IMG/VR virus record: IMGVR_UViG_3300024272_000021
DNA from: a virus
Taxonomy: Duplodnaviria; Heunggongvirae; Uroviricota; Caudoviricetes
Direction: 5' to 3' (one strand)
DNA: 64,000 bases
Shown here: positions 20,134 through 29,759 of the stretch, piece after piece
How positions within the stretch are numbered: the first letter of the stretch is position 1
Layout: each line of letters starts with the position of its first letter
The notes under the pieces: generated by a model
What the model saw: only the letters and a program-made list of their open reading frames with translations
Told to the model about the DNA's origin: nothing
Database searches by the model: none
Made by a program: the position numbers and the translations under genes

Positions 20134-20953
20134 CGGTTACACCAGTATCATTTGCCATATGATCTCTAACAATATTAGAAATAATCTTGGGCAGTTCATC
20201 GGACTTCGCAATGTAAAGTCGTTCGCCTAGCACTTTGCCGAAGGAACTCTTAATACTATCTTTGTATATACAATAGGAGCTGTTATTAGTAATTGCAATA
20301 TGGTAAATATCAAACTTCTTACTTGCAGTTTCATACAGAACCTTAGTGTCTACATCTTCGGTGGATGCACCAAGAGTATTACCAAGGGCATAACCAGGAA
20401 GATAAGGATTGAGAGGCTCATCGCCAAGAGTAATGATAATGCCCTTTTTACCACGCTTCCAACAGTCAAGATTGGTATGATTCAGACCAAAATACCATGC
20501 GGCAGTGTAAGACTCAAAACCATTACCACCACCGCCACCTTCCATATAAATCTTAGTAGTCTGGTCTAGGATACGGATATCGCTTTCAAACTGTGTAGCC
20601 TGAATAGGTGCACGGTCATAAGCAAGATCTCCAATGCCCATCATCATGAACTCTACGTCCTTAACCTCAGAGTATAGAGAGGTCATAATTTCATCAAGCT
20701 TACCTGCACACATGGTTGCGGCAGGGCCCATAGAACCAGTAACATCAAGACCAAGAATAACGGGAATAGTTTCGGGATGTTCGTCGCTATCAAAACATTC
20801 ACGCATTACACCACGCGGGTTAAGCATAGGATCGAGCATCTTTGCACGATAAACATCCTGCGTAGAAGCTATAGACATAACATCTGCACTTGCAAAACCC
20901 CAATCACGAACAGTTGCTTTATAAGCAGCAGTAGTCCAAGTTCCGCCTCCCAT
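20108..20953 (-). CDS. vWA-domain protein (MIDAS DxSxS)
   Basis: ILGLDVTGSMG motif. Confidence 0.55.
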   Translation of the reverse strand: MGGGTWTTAAYKATVRDWGFASADVMSIASTQDVYRAKMLDPMLNPRGVMRECFDSDEHPETIPVILGLDVTGSMGPAATMCAGKLDEIMTSLYSEVKDVEFMMMGIGDLAYDRAPIQATQFESDIRILDQTTKIYMEGGGGGNGFESYTAAWYFGLNHTNLDCWKRGKKGIIITLGDEPLNPYLPGYALGNTLGASTEDVDTKVLYETASKKFDIYHIAITNNSSYCIYKDSIKSSFGKVLGERLYIAKSDELPKIISNIVRDHMANDTGVTVDSNGISW

Positions 20954-20955
20954 AA

Positions 20956-21552
20956 TTACTTATCCTCCTTCTCATCAACTTCTTCGTCCTCGTCAATGTC
21001 ACACATACCATCGAAAAGGCCATCAAACATATCATTCATTCCACCGTTCATCATAAACATCATGGGCATCATAGAAGACATGTCCATAGAACCAGAGGTC
21101 TTATTGCCACCCATCATCTGAGACATCATCATATACTGCATGATCTTGTTAGTGCCCTTCTTGCCCTTAAACAGATCGCTGCCGAACATAGAGACAACCT
21201 TACCATAAAAATAAGTATTACCCATAAAAACATGGCGTTCAGGCAGTACAGTTTCAACTGTAGAATCTTCGTAGTTAATAACAGTAATCTTATTCTTCTC
21301 TACCTCAATTACACACTTAGGCTTTCCAGCTACGAGAATAATATCGCCGATCTCAACCTTATTAGTCGGGATGATAAAAAAGAATTCTTCTCCAATGTTA
21401 AAAACAAAGTTGTCGCAGTTTGTAAGTCTGCCAGTCTTTACGTTATAATTCTTGTAACCGTTACTAGTCTTTACAGCAATACCACCGTTTACAGACAGCC
21501 TGCACATACCATTTGCGACCTTACCAAACATTCCATTCAAAGCATTCATCAT
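20956..21552 (-). CDS. Hypothetical protein with a Met/Gly-rich low-complexity stretch and acidic C-terminus
   Basis: ORF; MMMSQMMGGNKTSGSMDMSSMMPMMFMMNGGMNDMF. Confidence 0.4.
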   Translation of the reverse strand: MMNALNGMFGKVANGMCRLSVNGGIAVKTSNGYKNYNVKTGRLTNCDNFVFNIGEEFFFIIPTNKVEIGDIILVAGKPKCVIEVEKNKITVINYEDSTVETVLPERHVFMGNTYFYGKVVSMFGSDLFKGKKGTNKIMQYMMMSQMMGGNKTSGSMDMSSMMPMMFMMNGGMNDMFDGLFDGMCDIDEDEEVDEKEDK

Positions 21553-21655
21553 AATTATTGTCTCCCTTTTGTCATTAATTTTGTATTGTTACCCGATGCC
21601 ATTATTATACTTTATTATGCTATAATTGTCAATGGGTTGATCAGTTAAGTGTTTG

Positions 21656-22021
21656 TTAATCCAAATAACCTGATAGCATTTCGGTAAATTTTATTTCAGG
21701 AACAATGCCCCATTCAATCGCAGAAAAAATCTGACTTATGGCTACGCCTATACAAACTAATGATACTACACCAAGTACTACTGAAACAAATATTTCAAAT
21801 CCATCTAAATCATACTTAATTACTTTTTTTATTATAAAAATAGAGGCAATGATTGCGACAACACAAAATATCATACCAACACAATGTTTTGTAATTGCAT
21901 AAGCCTGATATCTACCAATAAAATCTAGCACCTGCGGCCAAACATTCTCTGCCGTCCAATCTATGGCTATACCAAATTTGTCACAAAGGTAATCTAGAAC
22001 CTTAATAATTTCTGCGCTCAT
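21656..22021 (-). CDS. Small membrane protein with two predicted TM helices
   Basis: hydrophobic segments MIFCVVAIIASIFII and VVLGVVSLVCIGVAI. Confidence 0.4.
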   Translation of the reverse strand: MSAEIIKVLDYLCDKFGIAIDWTAENVWPQVLDFIGRYQAYAITKHCVGMIFCVVAIIASIFIIKKVIKYDLDGFEIFVSVVLGVVSLVCIGVAISQIFSAIEWGIVPEIKFTEMLSGYLD

Positions 22022-22032
22022 ATTTTATCACC

Positions 22033-23124
22033 TCAATGTGCTGCTTTATCTGCTTCGTGGAGCTTCATGATGTCCTGATACAACTTTTCGCCCCACAACT
22101 TACGGTATTTATTGTGTAATTTTTCGTTGTTGTCCTTCTCCCAATAATAAGGTTGCATATGCCAACGAATCATAACTGCTACGTCAAGAATATTGCACGC
22201 CATATTATAGAACAAAACATCGTATGATCCTACATGTTCATGATTATAATAATGTGCCTGATCTGTAATTTCACCTTTACTATTTTTGAAAGTCTTGGTG
22301 AAACATTTACCATTGTCATGTAGGGCACCAGCACCTCTTAGCGCTATAGAATGGTCGTCAATATCACGAACATTTTCAAAAATATAATCTAACGCCTTCT
22401 CAGAATGTTGCCCTAGAGTAAGAGTATGATGTGAATTGTCTTGATTAAAGTAACTCACCGTAGACATCCAATCAAGAAAACTGCGGCTCTTACAAGAACC
22501 GTTGGAAAATTCAATTTGAATATCATTCCATCCCTCGTACCAATATGGCGGATCAAATGAACGATACATTCTTTCAATAACATATTCGGGAACATGTCGT
22601 TCACGTTCAGAACTGCGCCTAATGCATTCTTCATATGGAGTTGCCATAACGACGCAAATCTTTTCACAAGGGATCTTATTAAGCTGCTGCAGAAATACCA
22701 TACGTTCCTTATAATGATGGTTGCAAGCGTCATAGATGGCACTTTTACCGCTTGCGAGGCAGTTCTTGATGCGCTTATGTAATTCAACAAATAACTCGTT
22801 GTTCCTAGACTGTTCATTAATGTCTCCAAATAACTCGGCACGAAGAGCATCTGAGCTAAACACAGTAGCATCATATTTCTTGGCGAGTTCCTGAGAATAT
22901 GTAGACTTACCGCTACAGGGCAAACCAACCATCATAATAAGCTTCGGTTTGTTCATTCTGGCTACCTCTTCATCTGTTCCTATATGATCTACGTATGGAC
23001 CACAATTCATGCAACCTTCACAAAAATCATTGTCTTTACTCATTACAATGTGATCAATATCATATTGGCTTGGATGAAAAAAATCTATAAAACATTTCTT
23101 ACAAAGCTCTGCCATTTTAATCAC
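22033..23124 (-). CDS. Bifunctional P-loop polynucleotide-kinase-like domain plus C-terminal HD-domain phosphohydrolase (RNA end-healing enzyme candidate)
   Basis: MMVGLPCSGKST Walker A; C-terminal H...HD motifs (HHTLTLGQHSEK, LHDNGK); N-terminal Cys cluster. Confidence 0.55.
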   Translation of the reverse strand: MIKMAELCKKCFIDFFHPSQYDIDHIVMSKDNDFCEGCMNCGPYVDHIGTDEEVARMNKPKLIMMVGLPCSGKSTYSQELAKKYDATVFSSDALRAELFGDINEQSRNNELFVELHKRIKNCLASGKSAIYDACNHHYKERMVFLQQLNKIPCEKICVVMATPYEECIRRSSERERHVPEYVIERMYRSFDPPYWYEGWNDIQIEFSNGSCKSRSFLDWMSTVSYFNQDNSHHTLTLGQHSEKALDYIFENVRDIDDHSIALRGAGALHDNGKCFTKTFKNSKGEITDQAHYYNHEHVGSYDVLFYNMACNILDVAVMIRWHMQPYYWEKDNNEKLHNKYRKLWGEKLYQDIMKLHEADKAAH

Positions 23125-23927
23125 CCAATCTCTTTCTTAATAGCAATCCTCATGATGTTATACTGCACATCATCTAAAAGTTTATCTACATCTTTATTAA
23201 CTTCAATATCAGTTTTAGCAATAAACTCATCACACATTTTTTCAATATGATACATCGCCTTTTCAGCAATAGCGCGAGCCGCATCTAAGTGAAATGGCTC
23301 AAGTTTTACTCCAGTAAGATACGCTGCCTTCTTGGTGTGCAAACAATCTGCGTAAGATTCACCTGAAATATATCTTTCAATATATTCTTCTATCCGTAGC
23401 AAATGATGAAATTCCTTGGGTGAATATCCAAACTTCTCAATATCATCATGGTGTGATGGAGATTCATGCTCCATTTGCTCATATTTTCTACGAGCCAAAC
23501 CGCACATAGTTTTGACAGCTTTGCACGGATCATAGTTTGCAATTAACTCATTGTTTTGAATCAATCTATTCCACTCTTTTGCATACAGAGGATTTACGAT
23601 GCAATATGGCGAGAATAAAATTTCAAGAAAATTGAGATTACATTTGCGGAATGTCTGTAACATAAGACGGATATCTTTCCAGTCAGTGTGTGAGTCATCC
23701 TCTCTTATATATGTAGTACTAATAGGTTGACGATTCATTGCAATGTCTTCAAACGTTGGAGTAAGAATTAGTTTTGTATCTACATCCGAATACATTGTTT
23801 CTAAGCCATAATTTTGACTGCCTTGTAGTACTAAACACACAATTCTATCTTCGGGAAAGTGCCTGAGAGCATCATCATAATGCTCCCGAACACGGTCCAT
23901 GATATATTCATCACTGTGATAATTCAT
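23121..23927 (-). CDS. Pol-beta-superfamily nucleotidyltransferase (minimal NTase)
   Basis: LVLQGSQNYGLETMYSDVD matches the GS-x9-13-D-x-D signature. Confidence 0.55.
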   Translation of the reverse strand: MNYHSDEYIMDRVREHYDDALRHFPEDRIVCLVLQGSQNYGLETMYSDVDTKLILTPTFEDIAMNRQPISTTYIREDDSHTDWKDIRLMLQTFRKCNLNFLEILFSPYCIVNPLYAKEWNRLIQNNELIANYDPCKAVKTMCGLARRKYEQMEHESPSHHDDIEKFGYSPKEFHHLLRIEEYIERYISGESYADCLHTKKAAYLTGVKLEPFHLDAARAIAEKAMYHIEKMCDEFIAKTDIEVNKDVDKLLDDVQYNIMRIAIKKEIG

Positions 23928-23940
23928 TTAATCACCTTCA

Positions 23941-25374
23941 TTAATCTTGTATTGTTTCTTCTTCCTGTGCTTCTTCCATATCGGGTTCAACAGCTTCCTC
24001 CTTGATAATGCCTTCTAAAACTTTAAAATTAAAATTCTTATGCTTATATACTGCAATATTAGGACGATTTACAATACGAGCAACTACACCTTCGCGTACG
24101 TGAGTCTTACCAACGGGGTCAGGACCATCAAAGTACTGCTCTACCTTGCGCAGAACATACTCTCCAGGGTCAACTGCATATGCCTTATCATCGACATAAT
24201 AACCAGCTTCATCCTCTGCGACTTCGCACTTGAACTCAGGAATCATGAAAGTCTCAAATACAGGCACATACTTTACGCCCATCTGATCGCAACGCTGACG
24301 CATCTGCTCAGGAGACATTTCAACGACATCGCCATCTTCATTTACCTGAGTCATACGATAGACATAAACTTCACACTTAGGAGGAATTACAGTATCAAAT
24401 TCTAGCACATCCGGTGCAGAAGAAGTGTAAACAGTATTCCAACTACCCGCAGGGTCGCAACCATAGGAGAACACGGTCTCCTCACCGTACTGCTTAGTGA
24501 AAGCCTTGTCAGAAATCTTAGAGTTCTTAACAGAAGCCATAATAGGAGTCTGCGCATTTACGAAACCAACGATTTCGTAATATACAACCTCACCCTTGCG
24601 CAGCTTGCCGAAGAACTTCTTCGCCATTGCATGACGGAACTCGTTATCAGAGTAGAAACCACCATCATGAGTTTCGTCCAGTACGACACGACGGGTACCA
24701 GTTACATAGTCATACTCGTAATAGATATCACCGGGCTTACGAGTCAACTTCTGCCACAGAGTGCGCTTCTTCTGCTTACGCAGAGGCAGATAGCCAGTAC
24801 GACCAGAAGTTCCATGCATCTTAAGAGTTAGTTCTACAATATCACCGGTCTTAAATTCGCCAAGATTATATGCAAGCTGCGCAGTATCAATATGCTCATA
24901 AAAAGTTGGTGCAAAATTAGCCTTTGCTCTCTTACCACCACCATGATAAGTAGAAGATGCATGATTACGCTTTGGGATATACTTCTTACAAATTTCCTTA
25001 CCGTTCAGAACAGAAATAGTATCTCCTTCTCTAAGGTCGGATATCTTACAGAAATCAGCAAGACAAGTTAGAGGTAGAAATAGTCCATCAGACTTCTCAC
25101 CACGAAGCTTTAGTGCTTTAATGTTGCGCTTTTCAGGATCTAGATAACCACCACAGGTGTTACCATTTTCATCCTTGCGACGAACTAGGTCATTCACTCT
25201 ACAAAATTCTTCGGAGAGCTGTCCATCTACAGGGAAATATACACCAAGCTGTCCTTCAGTGTAGTCCATGGAAACGATTACGGAGTTGCCAAAACATTCA
25301 CCAATCTGTAGTCGGTCTGCGTTAGAATGCTTATGTACATTCTTTAGAGTAGTAATAAAACCAGTGTAAGCCAT
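23941..25374 (-). CDS. ATP-dependent RNA ligase (Rnl2/Rnl5-like) with an N-terminal OB-like domain
   Basis: motif I LTLKMHGTSG (K-x-H-G-x), ~180-aa N-terminal domain; adjacent to kinase-HD and NTase. Confidence 0.6.
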   Translation of the reverse strand: MAYTGFITTLKNVHKHSNADRLQIGECFGNSVIVSMDYTEGQLGVYFPVDGQLSEEFCRVNDLVRRKDENGNTCGGYLDPEKRNIKALKLRGEKSDGLFLPLTCLADFCKISDLREGDTISVLNGKEICKKYIPKRNHASSTYHGGGKRAKANFAPTFYEHIDTAQLAYNLGEFKTGDIVELTLKMHGTSGRTGYLPLRKQKKRTLWQKLTRKPGDIYYEYDYVTGTRRVVLDETHDGGFYSDNEFRHAMAKKFFGKLRKGEVVYYEIVGFVNAQTPIMASVKNSKISDKAFTKQYGEETVFSYGCDPAGSWNTVYTSSAPDVLEFDTVIPPKCEVYVYRMTQVNEDGDVVEMSPEQMRQRCDQMGVKYVPVFETFMIPEFKCEVAEDEAGYYVDDKAYAVDPGEYVLRKVEQYFDGPDPVGKTHVREGVVARIVNRPNIAVYKHKNFNFKVLEGIIKEEAVEPDMEEAQEEETIQD

Positions 25375-25378
25375 ATTA

Positions 25379-26284
25379 TCATCCTTCCTTTATTACAATT
25401 TCACAATAATAACCACAATAGTTATCAAGGTGACTTGCCATTTCCTTCATTGTAGTATTGAGAGCTTTGGCCTCTTTAGGAGAGCGACCACTTCGCACAT
25501 ATCCATTAAAGAACATTGCGGCAACCCATGGTGCAGAAAAATATTTTACGTTACCAGTAGAAATATGAGTCAGCTTAACCTGCCAATTATCCTCTGTCGC
25601 GTCTCCAATAATATCATCAGCTTTAGTATGACAACCCCACTGTACCATGCGAAGATCTTTCAAATATTCATTTTCTTTCTTGGTAAAGAGCATACCGGGA
25701 AGCTTCATAAATCTTCTATTATTCTCAACAATTATCTTTGGCTGAGTAACGGGTATTGCAGTTTTATCTATTGAATCAATACCTTCAACGCACTCTTTGA
25801 GCATCATGGCATCATCCATAGCATCATGAATCTGTTCAACATTTTCTACATGACGTACCAGCGCGATTAGTTTCTTAAGAGGAATACCTTTGATAGAAAG
25901 ATAAGCTTTGACCTCCTGTGCATAATCAATTAGCATTGTTCGAACAGAAACCGCAAAACTAATTGCACGAACATCGGTCATATACTTAACCGTTTTATCT
26001 ATAAATGTCTTGTCTCCGCTTCCATAACAGAAATAACTCGGTATGGTATTATCATTGGTATTGATTACAAAATCAAAAAAATCATTAAACGCCTGATCTG
26101 CGGTAGGAGCGTTTTCAAGCATTTCATTTGTAATACCAGTGAGTTCAGTGATAAAATTATTAACTTTATTTCCATTAACAGGCTTAACTAGAGTCTGAAA
26201 AGTCTTACCGGTTTCACTAACGCAACCAATAGAAATAATTCTTTCAGAAAACTGTGTGGCCTCGAAATCAAGATAAAAGTTCAT
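25379..26284 (-). CDS. DEDD-family 3'-5' exonuclease (DnaQ/RNase T-like)
   Basis: YLDFEAT (Exo I) and HDAMDDAMM (Exo III) motifs. Confidence 0.6.
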   Translation of the reverse strand: MNFYLDFEATQFSERIISIGCVSETGKTFQTLVKPVNGNKVNNFITELTGITNEMLENAPTADQAFNDFFDFVINTNDNTIPSYFCYGSGDKTFIDKTVKYMTDVRAISFAVSVRTMLIDYAQEVKAYLSIKGIPLKKLIALVRHVENVEQIHDAMDDAMMLKECVEGIDSIDKTAIPVTQPKIIVENNRRFMKLPGMLFTKKENEYLKDLRMVQWGCHTKADDIIGDATEDNWQVKLTHISTGNVKYFSAPWVAAMFFNGYVRSGRSPKEAKALNTTMKEMASHLDNYCGYYCEIVIKEG

Positions 26285-26354
26285 TAGTTGTTCCTCTCAA
26301 TTCGCATTAATTTTGTACTGTTATATTACCATATTTTCCCATAAAAGTCAATAG

Positions 26355-26375
26355 AAAAATAGCCAGAAACTCTGG
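26355..26375 (-). terminator. Rho-independent terminator
   Basis: agccaga/tctggct hairpin followed by ATTTTTCT on the minus strand. Confidence 0.45.
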
Positions 26376-26399
26376 CTATTTCGTTTATTTTATACAAAG

Positions 26400-26807
26400 T
26401 TAACCCTCATAAGTTGAAAATAATTTTGAAACAGACATGCCATTTACTCTTGCAAGATCAACAGCCAACGCAATAATGTTAGATTCCATACCAGCTCCAA
26501 TGCCGTCATAAAAATAACTTAGGAGTGAATCATAGGTGTCATGTTCACCGTCAGTCTCCCAGCCAATCATAAACTGGCCATTCACGGTAAAGAAGTTTGC
26601 AGCAGTTCCCATGTTGGAGCCCTTAGCGCTCCTCCACCAACCCCAAGTCTCTGGCCACTCAGGGGTTTCTTCAAGGGTCTTAAGATCCCTCTTATCAAGT
26701 TCCCAAATCTCATAATGGGGTTCATTAGAACCCTTATAAGTCATTTTCGCCTTAATTCCTAGGTCTTTAAAAGCATTTTGAATACCGTTACCTGCTAAAA
26801 TTTCCAT
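26400..26807 (-). CDS. Hypothetical protein
   Basis: ORF. Confidence 0.4.
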   Translation of the reverse strand: MEILAGNGIQNAFKDLGIKAKMTYKGSNEPHYEIWELDKRDLKTLEETPEWPETWGWWRSAKGSNMGTAANFFTVNGQFMIGWETDGEHDTYDSLLSYFYDGIGAGMESNIIALAVDLARVNGMSVSKLFSTYEG

Positions 26808-27191
26808 TTACGTTTCGTTCTCCTTTATTTCGATAGTTTTCCAACCGTTGGTGACAACAAATTCTGCGATCATATTACCACACTGTTGATTTGTTTTTTC
26901 TTTTTGTAGACGTTTCAATATAATATTAGTAATATATTTAATCATAATCTCGTCCATAGAACCGTATTTGCTTAACTCATCATAAACAGATTTTTCAGAA
27001 ATAGAGGAGAAATAATGAAAGTTGCCAAAGGCATCTATATTTAACTCCAATAACACCTGGCGTAATTCAACGGTTTCCAATGTCGCCCAATGAAAAATCG
27101 GCGTATCATTATATTTTTGAATTTTTATATTGTATTGAATATAGTCTACAAAAGCTTCTCTATGCGGTGTAACTTTATATCTAAATTTCAT
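26808..27191 (-). CDS. Hypothetical protein
   Basis: ORF. Confidence 0.4.
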   Translation of the reverse strand: MKFRYKVTPHREAFVDYIQYNIKIQKYNDTPIFHWATLETVELRQVLLELNIDAFGNFHYFSSISEKSVYDELSKYGSMDEIMIKYITNIILKRLQKEKTNQQCGNMIAEFVVTNGWKTIEIKENET

Positions 27192-27195
27192 TATA

Positions 27196-27972
27196 TTACT
27201 CCCAAATCCCAGATGATTCCTTCATGGCTTTAATTTGAGCCAAAACATCGCGCTTATGAATATTTTCCTCTAGCCATTCAATATAATCAGGTTCCTTTTT
27301 ATACACATCAATCAGACGTTTCCCATTATGCTTTCCAAAGGTTAATACATAATTTTCATCAAATGCTACAGGCCTATCAACTAAAACACCCTTTAAATAT
27401 TCAGGAATAGGCATGTCGATATTATTTCGACTACTCAGATAATCACATTCATGAACAAACAGTTCCATCTCGTTTTCAGGTTCAGGCAAAACAAGCTTCA
27501 TCTTCTTCGAAGTCGTCCACTCGCCAGAATGCCTCTCACACATACGAGCAATAGTTTCTTTAAGCTCGCTGCCAATATCATGTTCGATCTTTGCTTCTCG
27601 CACCCACTGTCCTGCAAGCATAGGATGATTATGTACCGAAAAGAGGGATTCTTTTACACCGCACTTCAGAGCATCATGAAAGAAGGGAATACATCTCATA
27701 GCATCTCTTTGAGTAGGATACTTAAATTTAGTTTTATTCGCCTTTAATCCCAACCTATAATTCATAATTTCAGCAAACATCACAATATGATAAATTTGTC
27801 CATGAGGCAAACACTGTGTCTTATTATGGAATTTACCACTAGTGCTTGAAGGTATTTCAAAGATATAATCAGGAATCTGTTCAATCATATCTTCACAATA
27901 AAACCTCATCTCTTCGGTCTCAAACTTTTCTAAATAAGGAGCAAATACTGCAATCTTTTCTTCTCTAGTCAT
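27196..27972 (-). CDS. HD-domain phosphohydrolase (DatZ-like dNTPase is one possibility)
   Basis: GKFHNK ... IPFFHDALK ... H/D spacing typical of the HD superfamily. Confidence 0.45.
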   Translation of the reverse strand: MTREEKIAVFAPYLEKFETEEMRFYCEDMIEQIPDYIFEIPSSTSGKFHNKTQCLPHGQIYHIVMFAEIMNYRLGLKANKTKFKYPTQRDAMRCIPFFHDALKCGVKESLFSVHNHPMLAGQWVREAKIEHDIGSELKETIARMCERHSGEWTTSKKMKLVLPEPENEMELFVHECDYLSSRNNIDMPIPEYLKGVLVDRPVAFDENYVLTFGKHNGKRLIDVYKKEPDYIEWLEENIHKRDVLAQIKAMKESSGIWE

Positions 27973-28145
27973 TCTCTTCTTCCTCGTCCCATATTAAATC
28001 AACTAAGCGTCCAAACTTTCCACAATTATCGCACTGGTCTTCGTAGGTGGTTAATATCATCTTTTTTATTATCTTTTTCGATGGCCTGCGTATTTGAACA
28101 TAACAAGCTTTACAATAATTACAATCTGACTCATAATAAGCCATT

Positions 28146-28913
28146 TTATTTCTCCTCAACTTTCTTATCTATAATTCCATATTGTTCAAATAAATGTCTT
28201 TGTGGAGCAAACTCTCCAAAGTACTTATTTTCTGCTTCTAACCGAGCTTTAATGGCGTCTTCTTTTGATACAAACGTACCAATATATATTTCTTTATTTT
28301 CCACTACAATTCTAGCTCTCCATTTTTGTGAATCCTTCTTAAAAGATACGCCAATGATTCCGCTTGTGTTATTACGTTGTATGCTTTTATTTCTTGCATT
28401 GTCGTTTTTAGTTGCATCTCTCAAATTGCTTTTTCTATTATCAAACGGGTTCCTATTATTATGGTCGCATAATTTATAATTTACAATCAATTGATGCAAT
28501 GGCAAATTTTTTCTTTTATGTTGCACATCAGCAGCAACGCCATGATATCCATCTGGATTAATTTTTTCTCTCCAGCAATAATCTTTAATCTTGTCAAAAT
28601 CTTCCCAATCAAAATAAAATGCCGTACCAGTATTATGACAATAACCAATGCCGTAATCATTTGAATAATCATAATCGTTGTATTCTTTATGAGTTTTAGA
28701 TGCAACTTCTTTGGCTATACATCCACAACTTTGTGATTCTTTATTGATTAATATGCTTTGTTGTACAACTTTTCTAGTGTGCTTATTACAACTACATTCG
28801 CATAACCATTGGGCATAATGTCCGCCACTAAGGTTAACATAGTCATCAGCTTGTTCGATTACGGTCCATCTGCCGAATACCATACCAGTTAAATCTTTTC
28901 TTGGTTTAACCAT
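28146..28913 (-). CDS. HNH homing endonuclease with a C-terminal AP2 DNA-binding domain
   Basis: CDHNNRNPFDNRKSNLR HNH motif; GVSFKKDSQKWRARI...GTFVSKEDAIKAR AP2-like. Confidence 0.7.
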   Translation of the reverse strand: MVKPRKDLTGMVFGRWTVIEQADDYVNLSGGHYAQWLCECSCNKHTRKVVQQSILINKESQSCGCIAKEVASKTHKEYNDYDYSNDYGIGYCHNTGTAFYFDWEDFDKIKDYCWREKINPDGYHGVAADVQHKRKNLPLHQLIVNYKLCDHNNRNPFDNRKSNLRDATKNDNARNKSIQRNNTSGIIGVSFKKDSQKWRARIVVENKEIYIGTFVSKEDAIKARLEAENKYFGEFAPQRHLFEQYGIIDKKVEEK

Positions 28914-28919
28914 AATTAT

Positions 28920-29342
28920 TCACTCCATATTATAAAACTCTTCACTAGCATATCCTCCATATGTAGAAAAAAATACTTTTTTAATTTTTAAATCACGGAT
29001 TAATTTTTCACAAGAACGACAAGGGCGAGCAAGCATTGGATCATTGTTTTTACTACCACGAAAAATGTATAATGTAACATCCTTAAATGAAATATCTTTT
29101 CGTCCCATCAACGGCTTCAAACACATTACTTCGGCGTGCATTGAATGTATAGTGTCCGCAGAAAATCTTTCCCTATTTAACATTTTTTGCAACGGCGAAC
29201 TTTTATGAGTATTAAACCCCGAAGATACAATATGATGACCAAGTACCGCTATACATCCTATTTTCGCATAAGGATAATCGGCAAGTTTACTCACTTCTTT
29301 GGCCATATTAAAATAGGCTCTATGGGCTTTACTCAGCGTCAT
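28920..29342 (-). CDS. dCMP/cytidine deaminase family protein
   Basis: HAEVMCL and PCRSC zinc-binding motifs. Confidence 0.7.
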   Translation of the reverse strand: MTLSKAHRAYFNMAKEVSKLADYPYAKIGCIAVLGHHIVSSGFNTHKSSPLQKMLNRERFSADTIHSMHAEVMCLKPLMGRKDISFKDVTLYIFRGSKNNDPMLARPCRSCEKLIRDLKIKKVFFSTYGGYASEEFYNME

Positions 29343-29713
29343 CCATTTCTTCCTCTTCTATAACATCAGGTTCATAATCATACAACTTTTTATCTTTTCG
29401 ATCCCGCGCACGGTCATAGTTCTTACGACTTTCAACCATTCGTGTTGCAGGGTGTATGGTCCATAGGTTGCGGCGTTCCTTAGCTTTTACTTTCTTCTGA
29501 TTCTTTTCAACCATCATATTCAACCCTTTCTAGTTGTTTTAGAATGCACTCTATGCACAATTCATATCCATCCCAATAATATAAATCATCGGATTCTTCG
29601 CCACATTTATCACAATAATACCGAACTACTTTATAATATTTACAAGCTTCATAAATACATGGAAATGGACAGCCAACACATTCATTTTCAATAACAATCA
29701 ATAAAACCACCAC

Positions 29714-29759
29714 CATTAATTTCGTATTGTTATTATACTACATTAATTTTGTATTGTCA
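29714..29759 (-). promoter_or_regulatory. Two tandem copies of the conserved motif
   Basis: cattaatttcgtattgtt at 29714 and cattaattttgtattgtcaag at 29741. Confidence 0.5.

Noticed and set aside
22455-22928. 157-aa minus-strand ORF nested inside the kinase-HD gene
   Set aside because: It lies in an alternative frame of a gene with clear Walker A and HD motifs. No independent support.
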